Notes: generated by a model from the sequence alone, not told the origin. A stretch of 64,000 bases of DNA from Abditibacterium sp. (GCA_965199495.1 CBDASK010000003.1:3872001-3936000); one strand, 5' to 3'; counted from the first letter of the stretch, positions 26,949-37,512 are shown. Made by a program: numbers and translations.

Positions 26949-29669
26949 CTAAAACGAGCGACCGATGGCCAGCGAGACAATCGAGTTTTTCAGCGTTGGG
27001 CCGGGTTTGGTGAAGTCCGGTTGATCGGTGGAGGTGCGCAGATAGCGCGCGGTCAACGAAAATTTGCTGCTCAGATCGTAAGTCGCCGCCGCACGCACCA
27101 CGCGTTGGCGTTGGAAGCCCTGCGGGCCAGGCACATCCTGATCTTGCGAGTTCAGATCGGCGTATTGCAGTCCACCGAACAAGGTCAGTTTGGGTAATAC
27201 GCGGATGTAACCATCGAAACGCAAGTTTTCCGCGCCACCGTAAAGCGAAGGGGCAACCGGAGCAATCGCGTATCCCAACGGCGCGCCACGGTAGTAGTAG
27301 GAGTAATCCTGAGCGAAGGCGGCGCCTTGGCCGCCGCGATAAAGATAGGAAAGCGCGGCGAAGCGGGCATATTCAAAGTCAACGCCCAGACGCGCCGGAT
27401 CGGTTGGGTCGTTGTAGTGTCCGCCCACGATGGAGCCAGCGCGGTTGGCAATTGCGTTTTTCTGGTTGAGGCCCAGATCATCCAAAATAACCTCGCCATA
27501 AACCCGCGCGCCGCGCGCCACCGATACTTCGCCATAAGCGCTGACGACGGCATTCGAGTTGGATGTCACCCGATCTTTGCGCACGTTATAAAGTGGATAT
27601 GGGCTAAAGGCCGCCAGAAAATCGCTCGAACTAAAGGCTCTGCCGGGCAAAATCACCGTGGTATTGAAGCCAAATTTGGCGTCTTTGCCCACGCGCACAT
27701 TGAAATCTTGACCGTAAAAAGAGCGGTCTCCCGTCAATCCTTTGCCCAGATTGGCATATACGCCGCGCAGTTCGTAGGAGCCGCGCTTGAACGAGGTCGT
27801 GAGCGAGTCCAAGCCACCCGACGCATCCGAAATGACGCCCGTGCCGTAATGGCCCGGCCCCCACCATAATTCCTGGCGTCCCACGCGAAGCGTTAGGCCG
27901 CGCAACAACGAATTGGCGTCGTAATCCACGTAGGCTTTGCGGAACGAGTTGCTGGCGATTTGGCCGAACGGTTCGCCGTTGCGCACGGCGGTGCCCGCGT
28001 CAACCGACGCGTAAAACGAAAGTTTGGGCGTGATGGTGCCAAACACGTTGGTGCGCGTGTCCAGACCGCTTTTGCGGCGCGTCTGCCCCCAGCGCCCGTC
28101 GTTGGGATCGCGCGAGTTGTCTCCGGTATCGCCGCCGACCGCCGTCAGGCGCGTGTAGCCCGAAACGCCCAGTTGAAAACCGTCTTTGTTAAAGGCATCG
28201 AGCGTTTCGGCGGGCACGTTCAAATCCTGCAAATCGCGGCGATATTGTTTCACCAAAATCGAGAGCGCTGCGCTGTTGCGGCCCTTTTCTCCGTCGAAAT
28301 TGGAGAGCGCTTCGGCGATAAACCCAGCGACCTGCGCGCGCGAAAAGTTGATGTCTTCGGAAACGCTGTGGCGACGCGCGCCGTCGTCTTGAAAGACGCG
28401 CGCGGGCTGCGATTTGATCAGGCCGCGCGCCGCCAGACTGGCCAGCAATTCGTAGGTCGCCTCGGCCTTGGGCACGACGATGTTGGAAGCGCCGCTCTCG
28501 AACTTGACGCGTACGCTGGGAATCGGCGCATTGGGCAAACCAATCGCGGGCAAAACAACCGGCGCCTGCATGCCGCTCGATGGCGCGATTAAGCCCGCCG
28601 CATCGCCCACGCGCAGCGAACCCTGCGCGGCATCGCTATAAACAACTGTGGCCAGCGAAGTATCGGAGGCGGCGCTTTCGATGCGCACCAAACCGATGAC
28701 AGCGCCGTCGCGCAAAATCGGCACGTTCTGGCCGACTTTTGCGCCCTGTGCGGTGCCGACATCCAAAGTCACGTTTTGCGCGTCAACCGCGAGGATCGAA
28801 GCGGTGCGCCCGGAGATTTCGCCCGAAGCCATCGCTGCCTGTTTGACCGACGGCCCCGTGGGCACCCCACTGTCCGGCACGGTCGTGTCGGGCACGATCA
28901 CGGTCGGTTGCGTGGGCGTGACGACCACTTCGGGTTCGGGCGGCGCGAGCAAATCGGCGGGGATAGTTTCGATGGCGTCGAAGCGCGCGTTCTCGCCGAC
29001 GACGGGCACGAAACCTTCATCCATGTTTTGCACGCGCGCGCGCGCCGAATCGCCATTGACTTCGACGACGATCATGCGCGCCTTGGCGTCGCCAGTGACG
29101 GGCATCACGTAAACCGCGCCCAACTTCATGCCCCGATTGGTGCCCGCTCCCAGCATGATGTCCTTTCCGTTCACGCTCGTTACCAAAACCAAAGTCGGAG
29201 GTCTTTCGCTGGTATTGGTCGAATTATCAAGCGTCGGCTGTTCGGGCGGTAGCGGCGTGGCTGGAGTTAAGGGCGTGGTCGGATTCGCCGGAGTTAGGGG
29301 CGTCGCGGGGGCGGCGCCGTCGTTCATGCCGATGAAAGTCGCGGTGTCGCCGACCGTGATGACGAGCGAGCGTCCGGCGCTTTCGACCGACGAAATGCGC
29401 GCCATGGATTGGGCGGCCTGAACTTCGGTGACTTGCAATTGTACGAACTGATTGTCGCGCGCGATTTGATAGATAGCGCCGACTTGCGTGCCCTTGTCAG
29501 CGCCCGTCGAAAGCGTGACCATGTCGCCGCGCACCGCGAGGACATACGCGACATCGGGGGTGGCGGGCGTTGTGGCGTTTTGTGCGAGCGCGGCGGGCGC
29601 GAGGGCAGCCACGCCGGGCGCACCCAGCAAAGCGCACAAAAGGGGCGCGGAAATTTTACGTTTTTTCAT
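26949..29669 (-). CDS. Outer-membrane protein: signal peptide, three repeated beta domains, SLH-like segment, Wzi (capsule assembly)-like beta-barrel
   Basis: GRQELWWGPGHYG Wzi-like motif; C-terminal Phe; SLH-like YELLASLAARGLI..FSRAQVA; repeats of G...G.K.G. Confidence 0.72.
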   Translation of the reverse strand: MKKRKISAPLLCALLGAPGVAALAPAALAQNATTPATPDVAYVLAVRGDMVTLSTGADKGTQVGAIYQIARDNQFVQLQVTEVQAAQSMARISSVESAGRSLVITVGDTATFIGMNDGAAPATPLTPANPTTPLTPATPLPPEQPTLDNSTNTSERPPTLVLVTSVNGKDIMLGAGTNRGMKLGAVYVMPVTGDAKARMIVVEVNGDSARARVQNMDEGFVPVVGENARFDAIETIPADLLAPPEPEVVVTPTQPTVIVPDTTVPDSGVPTGPSVKQAAMASGEISGRTASILAVDAQNVTLDVGTAQGAKVGQNVPILRDGAVIGLVRIESAASDTSLATVVYSDAAQGSLRVGDAAGLIAPSSGMQAPVVLPAIGLPNAPIPSVRVKFESGASNIVVPKAEATYELLASLAARGLIKSQPARVFQDDGARRHSVSEDINFSRAQVAGFIAEALSNFDGEKGRNSAALSILVKQYRRDLQDLNVPAETLDAFNKDGFQLGVSGYTRLTAVGGDTGDNSRDPNDGRWGQTRRKSGLDTRTNVFGTITPKLSFYASVDAGTAVRNGEPFGQIASNSFRKAYVDYDANSLLRGLTLRVGRQELWWGPGHYGTGVISDASGGLDSLTTSFKRGSYELRGVYANLGKGLTGDRSFYGQDFNVRVGKDAKFGFNTTVILPGRAFSSSDFLAAFSPYPLYNVRKDRVTSNSNAVVSAYGEVSVARGARVYGEVILDDLGLNQKNAIANRAGSIVGGHYNDPTDPARLGVDFEYARFAALSYLYRGGQGAAFAQDYSYYYRGAPLGYAIAPVAPSLYGGAENLRFDGYIRVLPKLTLFGGLQYADLNSQDQDVPGPQGFQRQRVVRAAATYDLSSKFSLTARYLRTSTDQPDFTKPGPTLKNSIVSLAIGRSF

Positions 29670-29763
29670 GGAGAATGATGCGGTGAAATTTGGAAATGAA
29701 GGCGCGGGAAAAGTGTCGCAAGTTTAGCCAATCGAATTTCGCGACGGCGGGAGGAAATATCAA

Positions 29764-30084
29764 TTAATCCGTTTTGGGCGCGCTGGACTCAGTTTTGGGC
29801 GCTTCCGTTTTGGTTGCGGACTGGCTTTCCGTTTTGCTCTGGCTGGGAGCCGCTTCGGTTTTTTCGGCCTTGTCCTCGCTTTTGGCTCCAGCTTTCTGGC
29901 CGCCGCTTTCGGCGCGTTTATCGGTCAGGTAAAAACCCGAACCTTTGAAAATGACGCGTGGCGGTTGGAAAACTTTTTTGGTGGGCGCGCCGCATTCGGG
30001 GCAGGGCGGGGCGGGCGAGCCGACTTCCTGCCAGAGGTCAAAGGTCGAGCCGTCGTTGGTACATTTGTATTCGTATGTGGGCAC
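29764..30084 (-). CDS. FmdB family zinc-ribbon protein
   Basis: MPTYEYKC, CPECG, VIFKGSGFYLTD. Confidence 0.92.
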   Translation of the reverse strand: MPTYEYKCTNDGSTFDLWQEVGSPAPPCPECGAPTKKVFQPPRVIFKGSGFYLTDKRAESGGQKAGAKSEDKAEKTEAAPSQSKTESQSATKTEAPKTESSAPKTD

Positions 30085-30122
30085 GTCGAAAAATTAACTC
30101 CTGCGAAAATGAAAATTTAACT

Positions 30123-30857
30123 TCAAGAATTCTCGCGGTTCCTCGTAATTATATCTGAGAACGGCGACTTTATGCTGCTTTTGGGCGCGCCATCCGTTTC
30201 CCCTGCGGGCGCGCCGTGGCTATGGCCGTGAAGCGGTTCATCGCGTTCGCCCAGCGCCGCGCGCAGTTCGCGCACCCTCGCCGTCACGTCGGGCGCGTCC
30301 CACACGCCCGAAATCAGCGCGACGCCCGCCGCGCCCGCCGCCAAACACTGCGGCGCATTGTCGGCGGTAACTCCGCCGACCGCGAAAATTGGCACGCTCA
30401 CCGATTGGCAAATCGTGGCTAATGCGTCCAAACCAGCGCCGCTCTGGCCCGGATGCGAAAAGGTTTTCCAGACCGCGCCAAACAGCAAATAATCGGCGCC
30501 CTCGGCGGCGGCGCGTTGGGCGCCTTCCAAATCGTGAACCGAGCGGCCCATCGGCGTGTGAAATCCCAACGATAAGCGCGCATCGGCGACGCTGATTTCG
30601 TCTTCGGGCAAATGCAAACCTTCGGCGTGAGAGGCGCGCGTCAAGTCGGCGCGTCCCGTCAGAAACAGGCGCGCGCGAAACGCTTCGGTGCGCCGCGCGG
30701 CACGCCGATACAAATCGAGTTGCTCGCGTGGCGGCGCATCTTTTTCGCGCAGACAAAACCAACGCGCGCCGCCCTGACACGCCGCCAGCAGCGCCAATTC
30801 CCAGCTCGGCTTCATGCGCGCGCGGTCGGTGATTATCAATAATTTGGGAAAATCCAT
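30123..30857 (-). CDS. Thiamine phosphate synthase (ThiE/TenI family)
   Basis: LLIITD, LREKD, GLHL, GRSVH, GADYLLFG, SHPG, AVGGV. Confidence 0.88.
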   Translation of the reverse strand: MDFPKLLIITDRARMKPSWELALLAACQGGARWFCLREKDAPPREQLDLYRRAARRTEAFRARLFLTGRADLTRASHAEGLHLPEDEISVADARLSLGFHTPMGRSVHDLEGAQRAAAEGADYLLFGAVWKTFSHPGQSGAGLDALATICQSVSVPIFAVGGVTADNAPQCLAAGAAGVALISGVWDAPDVTARVRELRAALGERDEPLHGHSHGAPAGETDGAPKSSIKSPFSDIITRNRENS

Positions 30858-30936
30858 CGCGCAGAGTATGGCGAAAAATCGGAATTTTCGGACGAAATCG
30901 AGAACTCAGTCTCCCAATTATGCGAAAATTAAATCA

Positions 30937-33900
30937 ATGAATTCTCAAAAAATATCAGCCGAACTCGCTAATTTGTCCGTCGCCGCGCGCATGCAGCGCC
31001 TGACCGAACTGGGCCGCGATGCGCGCGCCGCCGACGTGATACAAAAATGGGAAAATGGTGATGGTTTCGAGCGCCGTCTGGCCCTGCAAAGCTGTTACGG
31101 CTCGCGCGATGGCGCGCGCGTGGCGCGCATGGCGGCGGACAAATCGCGTTTGACGCGTAATTTGGCCCTCACGCTGTCGGTCGAAGTCTGCGATTTGTCG
31201 CAACTCGAAGCCATTTTTGCACCGCTCAACGACAAATCGCGGTGGCATTTGTTGGTTCTTTTAATTCGCAAAAAACGCCGCGCCGATGTTGACGCGCTCA
31301 TCGAAAGCGCGCGGGGGCGCAGCGAGAATTGGCAGGTTCTACTCTCGCTCGGCTCGCAAAATTTAGTCGAGCGCCATTTCGCTGAAGCCTTCGCCAATGC
31401 CAATGCCAACGATTGGACGCGTCTGGCGCGCGCCCATCCGCGTTGGGCGCTGGAAAAATTAACGGCGCGCGTAAATGCGCAAACCGCGCCCGATGAAACG
31501 ATTCGCGGCCACGCCAATGCGGCGATGCGCGTCGCCGCGCATCGCGCGCCCGACGAAGCGTTGCAACTGATTCACGCCCTGACGACGCACGAACCACTGG
31601 CGCGCATCGAAATCGCGCCGCTGCTCAACTATCGCCCGCAGCAAGTCGCGCAATTGGTTCTCGACAACGACGAAGCGCCCGAATCGCGCGCACCGGTTCA
31701 AACGCCGTGGGGTTACTTGCAAACGCCCAATCGCGCGCTCGATTTTTCGCGTTTGGTGCCGCGCTTGCCGCTCGCAATTACGCTCGCGCTCGCCGAATAT
31801 CGTCCGGCGAATCTCGGCACTTTAACTTCGCATTTGAAAGCCATTTCGCCCGCCGTGCGCGGCAGTTTGTTCGCGAAATTGGGACGCAGTTGGCGCAACT
31901 CCAACGGCGAAATCGCGGCGAACATCGTCGCGCTCTTGCCGCCACCGTTTCGCGAGGCCGAAGCGCGGCGCCATTTGAAGTTGCCCTCATTAGTAGCCAC
32001 GCCGGTTCAATGGTTGCCCTACGCCGCGTTTTTGCCGTTCGAAGAAATGCGCGCCCGCATCGAGCCACTTATCGGCGATCCCGACCCTGATAATCGGAGC
32101 GCGGCCTTGTCGGTTTTAATTCAATCGTTGCGTTATGATTTCAATCGCGCCGACGAAATTTTGAAACTGCTCGAAGCGCGCCGCAACGAGCAAGACCCCA
32201 TTCGCGCGGCGATTTTTTTAGCATTGTCGCAACTGCCGTCCTCGCGCTGGAATGCGCTGCAGTTGGAAGCGGTCGCGCGCCTCATCCAATACGGTTTGGA
32301 CGCGCGCGATTTATCGGCGACGACCGCCAGTTGGATGCAGCAATTCGTTGTTGGCGTTTTGCCGTTCGCGCCCGCTTGGGCCGCGAAACTTCTGGCATTA
32401 TTGGTCAAAGAACGCGGGCAAATCTCGATTATGCGCCTCGAAGACCGCTTGAGTGACGCGCAAATGCAGGTCGTCGGCGCGGCGTTGTTGCCGGTTTTGC
32501 GCGCCTGGCTCGACCGCGAGCGCAACCCGTTTACCAGCGCGTTTGCCGCGCTCGGTCGCCGTCTGCGTCATTGGGACGAAGGCGCCGCGTTGTTAATGCA
32601 GGCCGCGAAAAATGGCCCGACTTACCTCGCGTCGAGCGCCGCCATCTTGTTGGCTAAACATCGCCGCGATGACTTCGCGAAGTTGGTTCCGCAACTGCTC
32701 AAACTCGATAAGTCTTGGGGCACGCAAGCGCCGGTTTACAATTATGTTAGTCACAAAGCGCCCAATTTGCTGACGCAACCGATGCTGGGACGCGACAAAG
32801 TCAGAGGCAAATTTTGGACGGGCGGCACGCGTTTCGTTTTACCGATTTATGATAAGTTCGCGCATTGGACGCCCGCGCAGCAACAAGATTTCGCGCTCAC
32901 TTTGACCGAAGTAATTCGCGATGCGGGCCGCGACTTGCCCGCCGCGATTCGTTGCATCGGCACGCTCGCCAATTTGCCCGACATCGCGCCCAATGCGCTG
33001 ATTCAACTCGCTTCACTGGATAACGAAAAGCTGGCCCTCCGCGAAGCCGCATTGCGCAGCCTTTCGCATCTCGACGCGGGCGGCGGCGTGGCTGCTCTCA
33101 TCGAAGCCTTGGACGACGAACGCGCGCGCATCGCGATTTACGGATTGCGCCGCGCGCTCATCGAAATGCCCGCCGCGCGCGCCCTCGAAATTTTGCGCGA
33201 AGTGCCGCTCCAAAAAGTCACCGTCGCCAAAGAAGTCGTGCGACTTTTGGGCGATTTAAATTCGAGCGCCGCCTTCGATTGGCTGCTCGAACTGTCCGAG
33301 CGCGATTTGCATCGCGATGTGCGCGTCGCGATTGGGCGCGCGTTGTGGGAGCATTTGGACGACGCGCGCACCTGGCCGATTTTGCAAGACGCCGCGCGCT
33401 CTAACGATGCCGCCGTCGCGCAAATGGCCGCGCGCACGACGGCGCCGCGCCTAAGTCAAACCGCCAAAGCGCGATTGGCGGCGCTACTCGCTGAACTGAT
33501 GCGCTATCCCGAAGCGCGCGTGCGCCTGGAAGCGATGGCGAATCCGTCGCTCTCGCTATTGGAAACCAGGGGCGATTTGCGCGCGGGCTTGTTCGACTCT
33601 CTCGCATCCGAATTGCCCGACGAATATCGCGCCGCCGCCAACGCGATTTGCCAGAGCGCCGCCGCGCGCGATGCCGATTTAGCGGCCCAGGCGATTGCCC
33701 AACTGTTGCCGCGTCGCCGCGCTTTGAAAGAAGTGTTGGAAATGCTCGGTCACCAAATCACCTCGCGCCGCCATTTCGCCAATGTGACGCGCGCGATTTT
33801 GGATGAACTCGCGCGCGACCCTCTAACCACGCAAGCCACAATCGCGTTTGCCTACGCCGGATTATCGCGCGAAGATTGGGCGATTTGGATCGAAAACGCG

Positions 33901-34233
33901 CTCGATAATAGAACATTGCACGCCGACGCGCTGCATGCAGCCACGGCGGTGCTGTCGGACGAATCTAATGCCTCGCGTGATGGCGAATTGTTGAATCGTT
34001 GGCGCGATTCCAAAGCGCCCGAACTGCGCCGTCTGGCGCTGGCCAATTTAGTCGGCGCCGCGCAAAGCGGACGCGGCTGGGACGACGAACGATTGGCGCA
34101 ACTCGAACAGTTTCGCGCCGACGAATCGCTCTTGGTCGCCGCCGCCGCGCAATGGACTTTCGTGGGCGACGAAAATGTCGAAGACGATGATCCCGAAGTC
34201 ATGGAAAGCGATGACGATTTGGGATTGTTTTGA
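30937..34233 (+). CDS. Large HEAT/ARM-repeat-like hypothetical protein
   Basis: About 1098 aa Ala/Leu/Arg-rich helical protein with HEAT-like motifs (DPDPDNRSAAL, HRDVRVA); acidic tail. Confidence 0.75.
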   Translation: MNSQKISAELANLSVAARMQRLTELGRDARAADVIQKWENGDGFERRLALQSCYGSRDGARVARMAADKSRLTRNLALTLSVEVCDLSQLEAIFAPLNDKSRWHLLVLLIRKKRRADVDALIESARGRSENWQVLLSLGSQNLVERHFAEAFANANANDWTRLARAHPRWALEKLTARVNAQTAPDETIRGHANAAMRVAAHRAPDEALQLIHALTTHEPLARIEIAPLLNYRPQQVAQLVLDNDEAPESRAPVQTPWGYLQTPNRALDFSRLVPRLPLAITLALAEYRPANLGTLTSHLKAISPAVRGSLFAKLGRSWRNSNGEIAANIVALLPPPFREAEARRHLKLPSLVATPVQWLPYAAFLPFEEMRARIEPLIGDPDPDNRSAALSVLIQSLRYDFNRADEILKLLEARRNEQDPIRAAIFLALSQLPSSRWNALQLEAVARLIQYGLDARDLSATTASWMQQFVVGVLPFAPAWAAKLLALLVKERGQISIMRLEDRLSDAQMQVVGAALLPVLRAWLDRERNPFTSAFAALGRRLRHWDEGAALLMQAAKNGPTYLASSAAILLAKHRRDDFAKLVPQLLKLDKSWGTQAPVYNYVSHKAPNLLTQPMLGRDKVRGKFWTGGTRFVLPIYDKFAHWTPAQQQDFALTLTEVIRDAGRDLPAAIRCIGTLANLPDIAPNALIQLASLDNEKLALREAALRSLSHLDAGGGVAALIEALDDERARIAIYGLRRALIEMPAARALEILREVPLQKVTVAKEVVRLLGDLNSSAAFDWLLELSERDLHRDVRVAIGRALWEHLDDARTWPILQDAARSNDAAVAQMAARTTAPRLSQTAKARLAALLAELMRYPEARVRLEAMANPSLSLLETRGDLRAGLFDSLASELPDEYRAAANAICQSAAARDADLAAQAIAQLLPRRRALKEVLEMLGHQITSRRHFANVTRAILDELARDPLTTQATIAFAYAGLSREDWAIWIENALDNRTLHADALHAATAVLSDESNASRDGELLNRWRDSKAPELRRLALANLVGAAQSGRGWDDERLAQLEQFRADESLLVAAAAQWTFVGDENVEDDDPEVMESDDDLGLF

Positions 34234-34329
34234 TGCTAACTTCGCTACTCGTAGAATTAAAATATGTTTTGACCTCCAGAAACCACCATTTTTAGTGATT
34301 TGCGTTTTACTTTTGCTGGAATATAAGCG

Positions 34330-35974
34330 ATGCTTTCACTCGTCTCTCCCCTCATGCGCACTTTGATTCAGGTTCATTTCTGGCTACTTTCTTTCGGCTA
34401 TTTCTGGATGAGCATTCCTTCATCGCAGTTCATTCGGGGCGTTATGACGTATGGCATTCCGGTGCTGTCGTTAATCGAGATCGTTCGCGAAGCGTGCTTA
34501 CTGTGGATATTTCCCAAATGGGCGCGCCGTTTGGAGGCTTTGGGACGGCATGAAAAAGCCCTTGCGCTGATGAGGCGTTCGGTGCGGGCATTCACGCCGC
34601 TAAGTGGCAGACATACGCCCTCCAAATTGCATCTTTACGCGATGGGCTTGATGTGCGAAAACGCCGGGCGTCACGGCGAGGCGAGCGAAATTTGGAGCGA
34701 AATCGCGAGCCAAAGCGGTCTGGCGACCGGGTTCGAGGCTGGCGTGCGCGGTCGTTTGGCCAACTCTCTGGAACAGGAGGGCGATTTACAAGGCGCCATC
34801 CGCCAACGCGACATCGCGCGGCAAAAGTTGGAACGAGCCACGAATGCCGGACGGGAAAATTGGTCGGTTTTACTGCAAAAAGGCAAAAGGGCGCGCGAAG
34901 CCAACGATTTTTCGCAGGCCAGCGCGTTTTTCCAACGCGCCTTCGATGATCCCAAACCCAGACTGACAGAGGCGCAACGTCCCGTCATTCAAATCGAGAT
35001 AGCCAGTCAATTAGCGGTGGCGACTCAACTCAACGGCGAATATGCGCGTGCCGCAAGCGCCGCGCGTCAGGTGGCTGCATTGGCCACGACGCCAGCGATG
35101 CGCGCGCAGGGCTGGCGCTTGTTGAGTAACGCTCTTTTGGCGCAGAACTCTTTGGACGAGGCGCTTGAGGCCACGCGCGCGGCGCTTGCGGAAAGTCAAA
35201 AGCTGGGCAACCAACAAATGGTGGCACACACCCGCGCACAATGCGCTCATCTGCTGCTGATGATGGGGCATATCGAGGCGGCGCTGCGAGAATGCGAAAT
35301 CGCCATCGCGTTGGAGCCGGATTCTGCACGCTTCGCGTTTCATGCGGCGGCCAATTGTCATTCTTTGCAGGGCAACTATGGGAGCGCGCGCGAATATATT
35401 GAACGCGCGCCAAATCAAAACTCATTCCTCGCCCGCCGATGCACGGTTGATGCGCGGATCGCTTGACATCGAAAATATGGCCATTGAAATCAACGCTGCC
35501 CAATATGAAGACCCTGCGCGCGCGCAGGTCGCGTGGGATTTGTTGCAACGCGCCAAACAGAATCTGGTCGGGTTCGAGCGGTTATCGCTCTGGCTACGCG
35601 CCGCCGAAGTCGCGATTCGGACGAATTTAGGCGACTTGGAAGGCGCGCGTGAAGAATGCGAAGCCATCGCGCAGCAACTTCAGCCCTATCACGATGACAC
35701 GGCCACACTCAGCGTGATTTGGACTTATTTAGCCCACACTTATGTGCAACTTGGCGATTGGAAAGAAGCGGCGCGTTGGGGGCAACGCTATTTAGATTCG
35801 CCCTTTATCCGTCCGGTCTACCGCGCCGATACTTTGTGTGAATTGGGCGCGTGTCAACACCATTTGGGCAACGAACAAGCGGCTCGCGCGTGTTGGCAGC
35901 AAGTCTTGGATTTAAATATTCCCATCGCCGCCACCCAGCGCGCCCGCGACTCTCTTGCGGGCACGACAGGTTAA
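34330..35974 (+). pseudogene. Membrane-anchored TPR protein split by a frameshift near 35405
   Basis: ORFs 34330-35466 and 35342-35974 are both TPR-like; frames join at the gaacgcgcgccaaatc GC run. Confidence 0.7.
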
Positions 35975-35993
35975 GCTCGACTTACGAGCAGCG

Positions 35994-36527
35994 TCAAACC
36001 AGACCGCTACAAAGTTGTGCGGTTGTATGACTCATTCCTTTTTTCCACTCGAAATTGGCGAAAAACTCGATGCGATTGCGTTCTAATTCCTGCACCGTCA
36101 AATAGCCGGGAAAATAACCCGTCGGCTCCAAACCAAAGCGCGCGAAGGTGCCGCAGATGTTTTTGGCGCGTCGCGTTGGGTAACAAATCGCCAGTGGTTG
36201 CTCCCAATTATGATGCGACAACAGTCGAATCGCCGCGAACAATTGCGACAGCGAAACTTTCCAAAATGGCGGATCGCAAATGATCACGCCAAACGTTTCA
36301 TCGCGCCAGAGCGGGCGATACAAATCGAATTGGGCGTAATTTTCGTCTTCGCTAAATCGTTCGTCGAAATCTAAAACGCGATGCGGGATGTTGCGTTGGC
36401 ACAAAACGCGACCGAGCATCGGCGCGCACAGGGCACACGGGTTGGCGAAACGAGCAGCCACGTCGGCCAGTTCGTCCAAAGTTTGAGCGTCCCAGAAATA
36501 TTGTTCCCATTCGTGGCGTTCGAGCAT
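35994..36527 (-). CDS. Putative methyltransferase, N6-adenineMlase (EEF1AKMT1/Efm5-like) family
   Basis: EQYFWD..T, CALCAP, LDFDERF, FDLYRP, IICDPPF; start at ATG 36527. Confidence 0.7.
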   Translation of the reverse strand: MLERHEWEQYFWDAQTLDELADVAARFANPCALCAPMLGRVLCQRNIPHRVLDFDERFSEDENYAQFDLYRPLWRDETFGVIICDPPFWKVSLSQLFAAIRLLSHHNWEQPLAICYPTRRAKNICGTFARFGLEPTGYFPGYLTVQELERNRIEFFANFEWKKGMSHTTAQLCSGLV

Positions 36528-36573
36528 GATTGTAGGTCTTTCCTTAGAATTTGCCGTAAAATGACAATTTACT

Positions 36574-36676
36574 CTGTTCAGTTTTCCGTTCGTAGTCTCG
36601 CCGTAAGGCGAGTTCATAAGGCAAATATCTGAATAAACTCGCCTTACGGCGAGACTACGAACGGAAAACTGAACAG
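36574..36676. repeat. REPIN upstream of RAYT (REP GTAGTCTCGCCGTAAGGCGAG)
   Basis: Inverted GTAG-hairpin REPs around spacer ttcataaggcaaatatctgaataaa. Confidence 0.92.
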
Positions 36677-36790
36677 GGAAAGTTGGACATTTCGCTCGCC
36701 TGAATTTAAATATTGTTGATCTGCGCTCAGATTGAAACGTAAGTGTCGGAAGAACGCGACTTTGTAGAGCGAAGCGGTTCCAATTCGTTT

Positions 36791-37384
36791 ATGTATTCCT
36801 ACCGCAAATTATCGCTGGAACAGCAGCAAGAAGTTGTTGAGCAAAGGCGTTTGTGTAATTTTCCGTTGCACCAACCACCGCGTTCCGAATCGCTAACGGG
36901 ATTACATCTGCTAACTGCCGCTAATTTCGAGCATCAACACATAATGAGTTCTCAAACACGGCGCGAAGAGTGGGAAGATAAAATTTTGGCGCTTTTCGAT
37001 GATAACGCCGACTGGCAATTATTGGGTTGGTGCATTTTGCCAAACCATTATCATTTGGTGGCTCAAGTCAATTTAGATGTTTTTGCCGAAAAGATTGGAA
37101 GACTGCACAATGGAGTCTCGACTCAGTGGAATCGTGAAGACAAAATAGCGGGCAGGAAAGCCTGGTTCCGATTCGCCGAACGCGGCTTACGCAGCGAGCA
37201 ACATTCTGTTGTCGCGCTCAATTATGTGCATTTTAATGCTGTGAAACACGGTTACGTTTCCGATGCGCGTCAGTGGCCTACGTGCAGCATTCACGATTAT
37301 TTAGCACAATATGGCGCCAAAATCTTGAAGAGAAACTGGGTGAATTACCCTATCCTGGATTTTGGGAAAGGCTGGGATTGGTGA
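36791..37384 (+). CDS. REP-associated tyrosine transposase (RAYT, IS200-like Y1 HUH)
   Basis: WCILPNHYHLV (HUH), LNYVHFNAVKHG (catalytic Tyr region), QWPTCS; alternative GTG start 36743. Confidence 0.88.
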   Translation: MYSYRKLSLEQQQEVVEQRRLCNFPLHQPPRSESLTGLHLLTAANFEHQHIMSSQTRREEWEDKILALFDDNADWQLLGWCILPNHYHLVAQVNLDVFAEKIGRLHNGVSTQWNREDKIAGRKAWFRFAERGLRSEQHSVVALNYVHFNAVKHGYVSDARQWPTCSIHDYLAQYGAKILKRNWVNYPILDFGKGWDW

Positions 37385-37422
37385 ATTATCCTTAAAGTCC
37401 AAGTTCGCCCGCAATTGTATCT

Positions 37423-37512
37423 CGTTCGTAGTCTCGCCGTAAGGCGAGTTCATAAGGCAAATATCCGAATAAACTCGCCTTACGGCGAGACTACGAACGG
37501 AGGACTGAACAG
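37423..37512. repeat. REPIN downstream of RAYT
   Basis: Same REPs and same spacer (one change) as 36574-36676. Confidence 0.92.

Noticed and set aside
29251..29310. Short tandem repeats encoding PATPLTP
   Set aside because: Low-complexity Pro/Thr linker within the outer-membrane protein, not a separate element
36528..36617. N-terminal extensions of ORFs at 36617, 21395 and 20204, and ORF 37301-37525
   Set aside because: They run through repeat elements; downstream ATGs fit the protein families better
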